DNA from: a candidate division WOR-3 bacterium | GTDB taxonomy: Bacteria; Hydrothermota; Hydrothermia; JBDRYB01 | Length of the DNA stretch: 56,828 nucleotides | Direction of reading: 5' to 3' | NCBI GenBank assembly: GCA_039803205.1 | Contig: JBDRYB010000010.1 | Coordinates: forward strand, 1-56,828 | Shown: positions 10,410-19,431 of the stretch, in pieces | How the letters are laid out: every line of letters begins with the position of its first letter | How positions within the stretch are numbered: the first letter of the stretch is position 1 | Made by a program: the position numbers and the translations under genes | Notes under the pieces: generated by a model | Told to the model about the DNA's origin: nothing | Database searches by the model: none | What the model saw: only the letters and a program-made list of their open reading frames with translations

Positions 10410-12263
10410 ATGGGTGGTGAGAAGGAATTAAAAAAAGAGGAGAGGGGGGCCAAGGTTTCGGCGGATTTCCTTCTCGCTGATTTCTGGCTTCCTGGCGAGG
10501 TTATCGCGATACACGGGAAACCTCCTGATGAAGCAATTGAGCTGGGCGATGAGTATTTTTATATCCCTGAAGGGATATCCCATCCATATCCACCGGCAAA
10601 CGGAGATGATGTTCCAGCGTCCCTTCTTTTACCCGCTCTCCTTCGCAAAATAGGAAAGGAGAACTTGGCCGATAACCTTGTGGAGGTCGAGGGGAAACTT
10701 CACCTCATAAGGTTCCTTGAGAATCACAGCTCCTATATACCCACAGAGGTCTTCACACTTACGCCTCTAGTTAGAAATGGCAGGATAAGGCTGATGGTCT
10801 ACTTCACCCACAGGTATGTCCTCAAAGACACCCTAAGAACCTGGATTGAAATGAAGGGGATCTCCAGAACAAAGGGGATATGGGTTGTGATCCCTCATGC
10901 CATCAGGGTGGATAGGGTCATTGACCTCTTGGACAAGAAGGTGGTCCTTGAGAAAGGAGGAGAATGGGATCCGGACAAAGCGAGGCCGTTTCTCAGTTGG
11001 GAGGAGCTCCCCGCTGGTCTCAGAAAAAAGACCCTGGTAACTCAGGCTATAACGCCGGGAGAGGTCATAAAGAAGGTGAAAACCTTTGTTGATTACGCTT
11101 TCTCCGGTTCTGCTTCGGCCTTTGACGGATACGAGTCCGGAACGCTTTGGCGGCCGAGGAATCTCGTTTTCGGAGGCGGGCTAACCGGCAACTACATGCA
11201 GGAGCTCTTTTGGGCAGAGAAGAAGTTCTACAGGCCCCTCCCCCGCCCCGCGGGCTTCGCGCTCCTCCTGCCCTCTGACAAGGAAAACAGGCCGGTATCC
11301 GAGTTTTTCTCAGAAATAGTGGAAACCTTTCTGCCGGAGCTTGCGGAAATGGGCCTCCCACTGAGGAGGCTCAGGGTGGCCGGCTACGATCCTACGGATC
11401 CGGCTTCCCTGGACCAAGGGCTTGAATCAGCCCTTGAGAGCAAACCCGACATCCTCCTGGGCATGATAGTCCCAACTGGCACGGTCGGGGACCATGACCC
11501 TTATTTCTACGCAAAAAGACGCCTTTCTGAAATGGGCTATCCGAGCCAGATGATAAAGGTATCTACTGCAAAGAAGTTCAGGGACAGGTATCTCTCAGCT
11601 GATGATCGCAAAGGGCTCTGGGAGGATGACCTTTTCCAGGGTTTCTGGATCAACACCGCTTTGAAGCTAGGGGCTATTCCCTGGATGATAAGGGATGTCG
11701 GGCTTGATGAAGGCCTCATATTTGGCGTATCAGGTGACGAGAGCTTCACCGCGGTTGCCGCCTTTGACAGCCACATGAGATTCGTGGGGTGGGGGTGTTT
11801 CTCAGGCCCATTTGAACCGAGCCTCATAGAAGGATGGCCCGCGAGCCTTAGGGTCTTCCACATTGAGGAAGGAAACCCGGAATTGGTTGAGCGAGTTTCT
11901 GGCCTAGGGGATGTCAGTTCCGTGAGGCCATCACCCATGTCAATCTCCCCCATCACAAGAAGGGCAAGGATGCTCGCGGGGCTTTATTTCAAGGAACCGG
12001 ATGAACCGGATGTCTATCACATAGCGACCGAGAACTGGGCTCCATACAGAGAGTTTAACCTTTATCAGATCAGAAGGGCCTCCGGCTCCCTTAGCCCGAG
12101 AACCCACGCGGAAATATGCTTCTGGGCCGCGAGGGCTTACCTTTCATCGTTCCCTAAAGGCCCTTTTCCGGCAACGATACACTTTGCCAGAGCAATCCGC
12201 AGTGCCCTGAACTACGGCTTCATAAAACCGGGCGAGAGGGGAGAAACTCCTCGGTTCTTGTAG
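10410..12263 (+). CDS. Long prokaryotic Argonaute (PIWI superfamily), predicted catalytically inactive
   Basis: L2 motif PRNLVFGGG; MID motifs PYFYAKRRL..GYPSQMI and NTALKLGAIPWMI; PIWI strands LIFGVS and VFHIEEG; C-terminal PATIHFA and a hydrophobic ..RFL end. Confidence 0.8.
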   Translation: MGGEKELKKEERGAKVSADFLLADFWLPGEVIAIHGKPPDEAIELGDEYFYIPEGISHPYPPANGDDVPASLLLPALLRKIGKENLADNLVEVEGKLHLIRFLENHSSYIPTEVFTLTPLVRNGRIRLMVYFTHRYVLKDTLRTWIEMKGISRTKGIWVVIPHAIRVDRVIDLLDKKVVLEKGGEWDPDKARPFLSWEELPAGLRKKTLVTQAITPGEVIKKVKTFVDYAFSGSASAFDGYESGTLWRPRNLVFGGGLTGNYMQELFWAEKKFYRPLPRPAGFALLLPSDKENRPVSEFFSEIVETFLPELAEMGLPLRRLRVAGYDPTDPASLDQGLESALESKPDILLGMIVPTGTVGDHDPYFYAKRRLSEMGYPSQMIKVSTAKKFRDRYLSADDRKGLWEDDLFQGFWINTALKLGAIPWMIRDVGLDEGLIFGVSGDESFTAVAAFDSHMRFVGWGCFSGPFEPSLIEGWPASLRVFHIEEGNPELVERVSGLGDVSSVRPSPMSISPITRRARMLAGLYFKEPDEPDVYHIATENWAPYREFNLYQIRRASGSLSPRTHAEICFWAARAYLSSFPKGPFPATIHFARAIRSALNYGFIKPGERGETPRFL

Positions 12264-12320
12264 GCCCGCCCGCGCGGGAATTTGACCCTGCTCAGTTCAT
12301 TAGCCCATAATCTAAGCCTG

Positions 12321-13094
12321 ATGAACCAGTGGCTGAAACCCTTCAAACCGATTGTGCTCTTCTTCTACCACCTTGGCGGAGTCGGAGAATTGCTCCTGGG
12401 CATACTCCTCTCCCTCAGAGAGATAAACAAGGTGCCCAGGCTCCTCTGGGACCAGCTGAGCTACATGGCAATGGGTTCCTTGCCCCTGGTTCTCGTGACA
12501 TCCGCTTTTGTGGGAATGGTCGCGGCTGTTCAAACTGCCTATCAGATAAGGGATTTCGTGCCAATGATGTATCTCGGTGTTGGGGTCGCAAAGGCAGTTA
12601 TGATAGAGCTGGGGCCTGTTCTCGTTGCTCTGGTCTTTGCCGGCAGGGTCGGAGCTGGAATAGCGGCTGAGCTCGGAACCATGCGGGTCACGGAGCAGAT
12701 AGATGCCTTGGAGCTCATGGCAATAGACCCATACAGGTACCTCGCGCTCCCAAGAATACTCGGTGCCCTCATATCCGTTCCACTACTTACAATATTCGGA
12801 GAGGCAATAGCCCTCATTGGGGCGCTCTTTGTAGCCAGGTATGTGCTTTATGTTCCGGTTGAGACCTTCACCCACGGGATGAGGATCTATTTCCTAACGA
12901 AGGACCTTCTGGGCGGCCTCGCGAAATCCGTTGTCTTCGGTTTCATAGTCTCCATGATGGGAGTCTATTTCGGCTACAACGCCAAAGGGGGGGCGGTCGG
13001 CGTGGGCAGGGCAACTACCCAGGCGGTTGTGTTCTCCAGCCTGCTCATCCTAGCGGCTGACTATGTCCTCGGGACAATAATATTTGCGAAGTAG
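12321..13094 (+). CDS. mlaE: MlaE-family lipid asymmetry ABC permease
   Basis: ELGPVLVALVFAGRVGAGIAAELGTMRVTEQIDALELMAIDPYRYLALPR and GGAVGVGRATTQAVV. Own promoter-like TTGACC-18-CATAAT at 12282-12311, so start placed at ATG 12321 (uncertain). Confidence 0.9.
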   Translation: MNQWLKPFKPIVLFFYHLGGVGELLLGILLSLREINKVPRLLWDQLSYMAMGSLPLVLVTSAFVGMVAAVQTAYQIRDFVPMMYLGVGVAKAVMIELGPVLVALVFAGRVGAGIAAELGTMRVTEQIDALELMAIDPYRYLALPRILGALISVPLLTIFGEAIALIGALFVARYVLYVPVETFTHGMRIYFLTKDLLGGLAKSVVFGFIVSMMGVYFGYNAKGGAVGVGRATTQAVVFSSLLILAADYVLGTIIFAK

Positions 13095-13179
13095 TGAACA
13101 ACATCGGGAGCTTATCAGGTGAGTTGTTGATACCCGAGCTCAGCCATTATCATTTGCGAACCAACTTTTCGGAGGCAAC

Positions 13180-13683
13180 ATGCCATATGTTAACAAGGAA
13201 CACGAGGCCGCGCACAAGCGGCTGGGAGAGATGCTAAGCCGCCTCTTCGGTGAGGCAAACATAGGGACACTGGACGACACAACCTACTACATCTGGTCAG
13301 GCTCAACCGTGGTTCACTTCTCCACAGACACATACGGCAGGGATGATAAACCCATGGTTGAGATATGGGCAAAGCTCACGGTCGGAACCCCGCTTTCTGA
13401 CACGCTAGCCAGGTATCTCATTGTTGAGAACTCCAATCTGAACTTCGGGGGGTTCCGTTTCTACCCATGGAGGGATAACCCAAACATGGGGAATGTGGTT
13501 TTTGAACAGCGTCTGCCCTTCTACATGATAACTGAGGAGGCCTTGAAGCACTTCGCGGATATGGTCGCTTGGACAGGGGATCACTACGATCAGGAAATAG
13601 CCCAGAACTATGGCGGAAAAACCATGCAAGAGCTGGTCTCTGAGGGAGAAACAGGTCCAAAGGACGAGGAGTGGGAGAAATAG
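13180..13683 (+). CDS. YbjN/T3SS-chaperone-like domain protein
   Basis: GSTVV...LARYLIVENSNLNFGGF...VAWTGDHYDQEIAQNYGG pattern; SD GGAGG. Confidence 0.55.
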   Translation: MPYVNKEHEAAHKRLGEMLSRLFGEANIGTLDDTTYYIWSGSTVVHFSTDTYGRDDKPMVEIWAKLTVGTPLSDTLARYLIVENSNLNFGGFRFYPWRDNPNMGNVVFEQRLPFYMITEEALKHFADMVAWTGDHYDQEIAQNYGGKTMQELVSEGETGPKDEEWEK

Positions 13684-13714
13684 GATTAGGGCTCACGGGA
13701 ACGGACAATCGAAC

Positions 13715-14830
13715 TTGATAAACGAGGTTCGCTCTCTGTTCCCCGCGCTGGCAAGGTTCACATACCTGAACTGCGCTGGCCAGGGCCCTCTTAACACGCG
13801 AGCCGCGGCCCGGATCGCTAAGATCCTCAAGATTTACATGACCCGCGGCTTCCTTGAGATATCGGAGTGGAAAGAGATACAGCAGGAGGCCAGAACCCTC
13901 CTCTCGCAACTCCTCGGCGTCTCCCCGCATGAGCTCGCGTTCACCCAGAGCACAACAAGGGGTTTGCGCGTGGCCATGGAGGCAATACCCTGGCGAGAGG
14001 GCGACAATGTCATAGTTCAAGAGAAGGCATTCCCTGCCCTCATATATCCGTGGATCCACTCGCCAGTTCCGGGCTTAGAGCTCAGGTGGGCAAAGGGCTC
14101 TCCCTTGGGCATAGCGGACGAGGTAAGGCGCTTGGTTGATGCCAAAACAAAGGCAGTTTTCGTGGATTGGGTCCACTTCGTAACAGGGGAGATGGTTGAC
14201 CTCGCGGCCCTTTCCCAGATGGCTGAAGAGAGAGGCTTTTACCTCGTCGTTGATGGAACCCAGGGCCTCGGGCCTCTGTTCCCGGATATGAGCCGCCTCA
14301 GGATTGATTTCTGGACAAACAGCGCGGCAAAGTGGCTCTTGGGAATAGAAGGTCTCTCCTTTCTCTATGTAAGACAGGGTGCGATGGACAGCCTTAGGCC
14401 TGGCCCACTTGGTTGGCTCTCTGGCAATTACGAGACATTCTCAAGGCTTTTCCCTATTCCAGAACCCGTTCCGGGCGCGCCCAGATACGAGGAGGGAACC
14501 AGGCCAGTGATGCTGATAGCCGGGTTCTCGGAGAGCCTGAAGATATTTTTGGAAATAGGAAAGGATCGGGTCGAAGAAAGGGTCCGCGAGCTGACCGGGA
14601 GGCTCATAGATGCACTCACAGAGAAGGGGCTTCATACCGCGACCCCCAAGGAACCGAGGGCGGGCATAGTCTCATTCGGGCCCCGAGGAGACCCTGAGGA
14701 ATATCACCGGCGTCTCAGGGATGCCGGGGTGCTGGTTTCACTGAGAGAGGGCCTGATAAGGGTTTCACCGCACTTCTTCAATACGCCAGAGGAGGTTGAA
14801 CCCATTTTCTGCGCGAACGAGTCTCAATAA
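13715..14830 (+). CDS. Class V PLP-dependent aminotransferase (cysteine desulfurase/kynureninase-like)
   Basis: RSLFP...YLNCAGQGP, VVDGTQGLG, SAAKWLLG, IRVSPHFFNT. Probable TTG start at 13715. Confidence 0.85.
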   Translation: MINEVRSLFPALARFTYLNCAGQGPLNTRAAARIAKILKIYMTRGFLEISEWKEIQQEARTLLSQLLGVSPHELAFTQSTTRGLRVAMEAIPWREGDNVIVQEKAFPALIYPWIHSPVPGLELRWAKGSPLGIADEVRRLVDAKTKAVFVDWVHFVTGEMVDLAALSQMAEERGFYLVVDGTQGLGPLFPDMSRLRIDFWTNSAAKWLLGIEGLSFLYVRQGAMDSLRPGPLGWLSGNYETFSRLFPIPEPVPGAPRYEEGTRPVMLIAGFSESLKIFLEIGKDRVEERVRELTGRLIDALTEKGLHTATPKEPRAGIVSFGPRGDPEEYHRRLRDAGVLVSLREGLIRVSPHFFNTPEEVEPIFCANESQ

Positions 14831-15033
14831 GAGAAATGTGTGGCATGGGAGTTCCTTACTCTACAAAGACTCCCTGGTTTTTCAAACGGATCGCGAGACC
14901 TGCTTCTACCCGGAAATTTCTTATCTTTTCGGCCTCTGAAATCCGCACTCAGAGGGAGTTTCAGATTCATGCAGGATCTGGGTTGAAGGGATATTAATTT
15001 AAATCAAGAACATCCCCCTCGCGTATAGCCATT

Positions 15034-15819
15034 CTAGATATTCACCCCGTAAAGCCTTGCGGGGTTTAGCCTGAATATCTTCTCAAGGACCTTTGGCTCA
15101 ACGCCCTTGCGCTCCATGTGAAGGACCAGCTTCGGCAGAACAAGGGGGTCGTTGGAATAGGAGGAGAGATCAGAAGAAATAACGAGGTGATTCGGATCGT
15201 ATTCCTCAAAGAGAAGGGCCGGCGTCAGGTTCTCGGGCTGGACAAAGGGATATGGAGGCCATAGGCTGACCCCTGTCCAATATCCAGCCTCAACCGCCTC
15301 CTTTGATAGGTTTGGATCGAGGTGATCTATGAGAACGAGGTGCGGAGGTATATCCGTCTCCTCAAGTATCTTCATAACCCTGTTGAAAACCCTCTTTTTA
15401 TGCTCATAGGGGGTTGAAATTAGTATGGGCTTGCCCGTGTCTCTTGCCATCTCAACCTGGGCCTTGAGGACCTCCCTCTGGAGCTTGTCGTTTGGGTCTA
15501 TGAGGCCTGTCTCGCCTATTGCTACAACACCGTCTTGGGCCAAAAGTTCTGGTATGTAATCCAATAGCTCAAAAACATCGTGGGGAATAGCCCCAGGGTG
15601 AACCCCGAAACCCACATAAAGCTTGAGACCCGCTTTGTCTGCTCGCTCCCTCTCCATGCGAAGAAGCCTGTCGTAGTGATCGAGGTAGACCTCCTTTGAG
15701 GACATCTTAAAGACATCGTGTGAAAGGGCAACAGCCCACCTGACATTCGCGAGAACCATGGCCTCAAGGTCATTATAGCTCCTTACATCCACATGGAGGT
15801 GCGTATCAAATATGTGCAT
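15034..15819 (-). CDS. TatD-family metal-dependent hydrolase
   Basis: IFDTHLH, GVHP, VVAIGETG, LIDH, SSD. Start corrected to ATG 15819 (TATAAT 6 nt upstream). Confidence 0.85.
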   Translation of the reverse strand: MHIFDTHLHVDVRSYNDLEAMVLANVRWAVALSHDVFKMSSKEVYLDHYDRLLRMERERADKAGLKLYVGFGVHPGAIPHDVFELLDYIPELLAQDGVVAIGETGLIDPNDKLQREVLKAQVEMARDTGKPILISTPYEHKKRVFNRVMKILEETDIPPHLVLIDHLDPNLSKEAVEAGYWTGVSLWPPYPFVQPENLTPALLFEEYDPNHLVISSDLSSYSNDPLVLPKLVLHMERKGVEPKVLEKIFRLNPARLYGVNI

Positions 15820-15915
15820 GCGCATATTATAAGGGTTAGCATTTATTGCATACCACAATACGGGATCCTCCCGGTCAAATTGCAGGCCGGATGGCCGTAG
15901 GATTAAAATATCAGC

Positions 15916-16896
15916 ATGATTGAGCTCATAAGGCAGTTTCCGGACCAAATAGAGGGCTCGTTCAGCCTGGACATACCCCATATTGAACCAAAAAGGGGCA
16001 AGATCTACATATGCGGCATGGGGGGTTCAGCGGCATCAGGGGACATTCTGAAGGCCATTGTGCCGGATGTGCCCATAGAGGTTGTTAGGGACTATTACCT
16101 GCCCTCATTTCTCGGAGAGGAGGATGCTGTTATCGCTGTCAGCTACTCAGGGAATACCGAGGAGACGCTTTCGGCCTACGCTCAGGCGATTGAAAAGCGC
16201 GTCGCGGCCCTCGTCGTTGCCTCAGGCGGTAAGCTCCTTGAGGCCGCGAGGGCTGATGGTGTCCCCTATGTGGTTATACCAGGCGGACTTCCCCCTCGCT
16301 GTGCTCTAGGGTGGCTCATGTCGCCCATGATCCTTGCCCTATCAAGAGCCGGAATGATCCCATCCCAGCTTGAGGATGAGCTCAGGGCGGCTCCGGATCT
16401 TCTCAGGGGACATCTCCCTGGGCTTGAGGGCCCGAGTTCCCCAACTCTAGAGCTCGCGAACAAGTTCTACAACAGACTGCCTTTCATCTATGCTTCAAGG
16501 AGGTTTTATCCCGTTGCCTTCCGCTGGTGCGCGCAGATAAACGAGAACGCGAAATCAATAGCGCATGCAGCCGCTCTACCCGAGATGAACCACAACGAGG
16601 TATCCGGAATAGTTCACCCAAAGGATTTCGTTGAGGGGATATGGGTGGTATTTCTTAGGTTCCCGGAAGACTATGAGAGGACATCAGCGAGGGCCGATAT
16701 AACATCTGAGCTCATAAGGGATTCGGTCATGGGCATAACCCACCTGAGGCCCGAAGGGAGCTGCACATTGCACCGGGTTCTCTGGTGCCTTCTTTTCGGA
16801 GATATGCTCAGCTACTACCTCGCATTGGCCTATAAGGCTGACCCATTTGCCATACCGAGGATTGATGTGCTAAAGGAGAGGCTGGGGAAGCTGTGA
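15916..16896 (+). CDS. Bifunctional phosphoglucose/phosphomannose isomerase
   Basis: ICGMGGS, VSYSGNTEET, QINENAK, PEMNHNE. Confidence 0.92.
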   Translation: MIELIRQFPDQIEGSFSLDIPHIEPKRGKIYICGMGGSAASGDILKAIVPDVPIEVVRDYYLPSFLGEEDAVIAVSYSGNTEETLSAYAQAIEKRVAALVVASGGKLLEAARADGVPYVVIPGGLPPRCALGWLMSPMILALSRAGMIPSQLEDELRAAPDLLRGHLPGLEGPSSPTLELANKFYNRLPFIYASRRFYPVAFRWCAQINENAKSIAHAAALPEMNHNEVSGIVHPKDFVEGIWVVFLRFPEDYERTSARADITSELIRDSVMGITHLRPEGSCTLHRVLWCLLFGDMLSYYLALAYKADPFAIPRIDVLKERLGKL

Positions 16897-17570
16897 TTAA
16901 GGCTGTGGTTTTTGATTTGGACAACACCCTCCTGGATTTCAACAGGATGAAGGAAACATCAGTATCAGCGGCCGCTGAAGCCATGATGGATGCTGGCCTC
17001 CCTGGCACGCGCGATGAGATACTGAAAGGGATTTACGAGGTCTATGAGCGCAAGGGAATAGAGGCACAGGATGTCTTTGACTGTTTTCTTACCGAGAAGC
17101 TGGGAAGGGTTGATCTCAAGGTTCTCGCGGCTGGAGTTGTCGCTTACAGGAAGGCAAAAATGGGAACAATGAACCTCTTTCCGGGGGCGAGACGAACCAT
17201 AATAGAATTGCTACGCAGGGGGATAAAGATGGGCCTGCTCTCCGATGCACCAGGGCTTCAGGCCTGGACCAGGCTTGCCGAGCTCGGGCTTCACCACTAC
17301 TTTGATGCCGTGGTCACCCTTGATGATACCCAGAGGAAAAAACCGGATCCGGAGCCTTTTCGCGTGATCCTGCTGAAACTGGGAGTTGAACCCCAGGAGG
17401 CCATCATGGTCGGTGATTGGGCCGAGAGGGACATGGAGGGAGCAAGAAGGGTTGGGATGAGGACGGCTTTCGCGAGCTATGGCTCCGGCCAAAGCCCCCC
17501 AGAAGGGGTGGACTATGTGCTGGAGAGAATAGATGACCTAATAGCTATCATAGAAAAGGAGCGACAATGA
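16893..17570 (+). CDS. HAD-IA family hydrolase
   Basis: VVFDLDNTL, KKPDPEPF, MVGDWAERDMEGA. Confidence 0.9.
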   Translation: MIKAVVFDLDNTLLDFNRMKETSVSAAAEAMMDAGLPGTRDEILKGIYEVYERKGIEAQDVFDCFLTEKLGRVDLKVLAAGVVAYRKAKMGTMNLFPGARRTIIELLRRGIKMGLLSDAPGLQAWTRLAELGLHHYFDAVVTLDDTQRKKPDPEPFRVILLKLGVEPQEAIMVGDWAERDMEGARRVGMRTAFASYGSGQSPPEGVDYVLERIDDLIAIIEKERQ

Positions 17571-18067
17571 AATTCATCTGCGAGGTATGCGGAAAGGAGT
17601 TCAAGACATTCCCATCGTGGCTCAAGAGGAAGCCCCGTAGGGGAACCAGGTTCTGCTCATATGCATGCGCAAAGATAGGCCTTGGCATCAAACCTCGCAC
17701 CATAAAGTGCGCTTTCTGCGGGCGGGAATTTGTGCCCCAGTCCAGAGACACTCGCTACTGTTCCAGGAGATGCGCGTGCGAGGCACGGGTTTCTTTCAGG
17801 GAGGAGCGTGCGTGCGCGGTTTGCGGCAAGAGGTTCACGGTCACGGGCCGAACCAGAAACCGCAGGTATTGCTCCCGGGAGTGCCTGTATTCTACCCTCA
17901 GGGGGCCGAGGCCTGGGTTCTGGACTGAGATGACCTGTCCTGTCTGCGGCAAGGTTTTCATGGTATATAAGTCAGAGACAAATCCGAATTCAAGGTGGAT
18001 GCGGAAATACTGTTCACGAGATTGCGCCGCGAGGGCACGGAGACGCTCCTATACTCAGAACAGTTGA
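17567..18067 (+). CDS. Basic protein made of four CxxC...CSxxC zinc-finger repeats
   Basis: Four units CxxCG(K/R)xF...(F/Y)CSxxC; ATGA overlap with the HAD gene. Confidence 0.7.
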   Translation: MKFICEVCGKEFKTFPSWLKRKPRRGTRFCSYACAKIGLGIKPRTIKCAFCGREFVPQSRDTRYCSRRCACEARVSFREERACAVCGKRFTVTGRTRNRRYCSRECLYSTLRGPRPGFWTEMTCPVCGKVFMVYKSETNPNSRWMRKYCSRDCAARARRRSYTQNS

Positions 18068-18102
18068 ACAAGCGCGCTCAGCGGACTTAAAATTTTCGGC
18101 CT

Positions 18103-19431
18103 ATGTCTGGCAAGTTCAAGGGCGGGATTCATCCCCCTTACCGAAAGTTAACATCAGAGAAACCCATAGAGAGCCTTGAACCCCCCGATGAGATCGTTGT
18201 TCCGCTCTCCCAGCACACAGGCGCTCCGGCAAAACCCACGGTTGAAAAGGGTGCTGAGGTTAAGGTAGGAACAAGAATAGGCGAGGCTCAGGGCTACATA
18301 TCCGCGCATGTTCATTCTCCGGTTTCCGGCGTGGTTAAGTCCATTCTCGAGAAGCCTCATCCCACCCAAACCGGACTCGTCCCATCCGTGGTGATAGAGG
18401 TAAAGGGCACGGAATCCGAGGATTTCAAGGAGGATCCGAATTGGGAAGACGCGAGCCCGGAGTCCATCCGGGAAAGGGTCTTGGCCGCTGGCATAGTTGG
18501 AATGGGCGGAGCGGCTTTTCCCACGCATGTGAAGCTGAACCCTCCCAAGGAATATCCTGTTGATACTGTCATAATAAATGGCGGCGAGTGCGAGCCATAC
18601 CTTACCCCTGATGACAGACTGATGCGAGAGCATCCGGAGGACATAGTTCGTGGGGCACACCTGATAAGGCAGGCCGTCGGCGCGAAGAGGGTCATAATCG
18701 GAATAGAGGACAATAAGCCTGAGGCAGTGAAAGCCATGAGGGATGCGGCAAAAGCCTACGGATTTGAGGTCTCTTCCTTGCATTCCAAATACCCCCAGGG
18801 CTCGGAGAAGCAGCTCATAAAAGCCCTTCTCGGGAGGGAGGTTCCCTCAGGGGGCCTCCCCTTTCATGTTGGCGTCTTGGTCCAGAATGTCGGAACTGCA
18901 AAGGCAATATACGAGGCAGTTAGGTTCGGAAGGCCTCTCACTGAGAGGGTTTTAACCCTATCCGGCTTTGGCGCCAAAGGCCCTGGAAACTACATGGTAA
19001 AGATAGGAACCCCGTTCAGCCACATAATAGAGAAGACCGGAGGTGCATCCGAGGACACGGTCAAGATAATAAGCGGAGGGCCATTAATGGGAATAGCTGT
19101 CTGGACTACCGAGGTCCCCGTGATAAAGTGCACATCCGGCATCCTCCTTCTTACTAGCCGAGAGACATCTGATCGTCAGGAAGGCCCTTGTATCCGTTGC
19201 GGAACATGTGTTGAGGTCTGCCCCATGGGTCTCTCACCCTACCTCATAGCCAGGGAATCCGAATCAGGCTTCTTCGATCGTGCGAGGGCTCACCATGTCC
19301 TTGACTGCATAGAGTGCGGCTCGTGCGCATACGCCTGCCCGGCAAGAAGGCACCTCGTCCAGCACATAAGATACGGGAAGTCCGAGGTTTGGAAGCTTAT
19401 CAAGAAAGAGAAAGAGGAGGCAGTAGCATGA
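18103..19431 (+). CDS. rnfC: Rnf electron transport complex subunit C
   Basis: GGIHP, GIVGMGGAAFPTHVK, INGGECEPYLT, CIRCGTCVEVCP and CIECGSCAYACP 4Fe-4S motifs. Confidence 0.95.
   Translation: MSGKFKGGIHPPYRKLTSEKPIESLEPPDEIVVPLSQHTGAPAKPTVEKGAEVKVGTRIGEAQGYISAHVHSPVSGVVKSILEKPHPTQTGLVPSVVIEVKGTESEDFKEDPNWEDASPESIRERVLAAGIVGMGGAAFPTHVKLNPPKEYPVDTVIINGGECEPYLTPDDRLMREHPEDIVRGAHLIRQAVGAKRVIIGIEDNKPEAVKAMRDAAKAYGFEVSSLHSKYPQGSEKQLIKALLGREVPSGGLPFHVGVLVQNVGTAKAIYEAVRFGRPLTERVLTLSGFGAKGPGNYMVKIGTPFSHIIEKTGGASEDTVKIISGGPLMGIAVWTTEVPVIKCTSGILLLTSRETSDRQEGPCIRCGTCVEVCPMGLSPYLIARESESGFFDRARAHHVLDCIECGSCAYACPARRHLVQHIRYGKSEVWKLIKKEKEEAVA

Noticed and set aside
12282..13683. mlaE or the YbjN-like gene as the Argonaute's effector
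   Set aside because: MlaE is a canonical permease and both genes have their own promoter-like elements. Nothing but adjacency links them, though synteny could revive the idea
13610..13714. Long N-terminal extensions in the ORF track (also tatD, rnfD, gmhB, rpmE, glyA, aroQ, lepA)
   Set aside because: They overlap neighbouring genes, tRNAs or promoters; family motifs and SD or -10 spacing support later starts
14830..15034. 200-bp gap between convergent genes as an ncRNA
   Set aside because: Only short hairpins (e.g. CTCTGA...TCAGAG); no recognisable RNA family
17567..18067. Cys-rich gene as the missing rnfB
   Set aside because: No CxxCxxCxxxCP ferredoxin motifs and no membrane anchor
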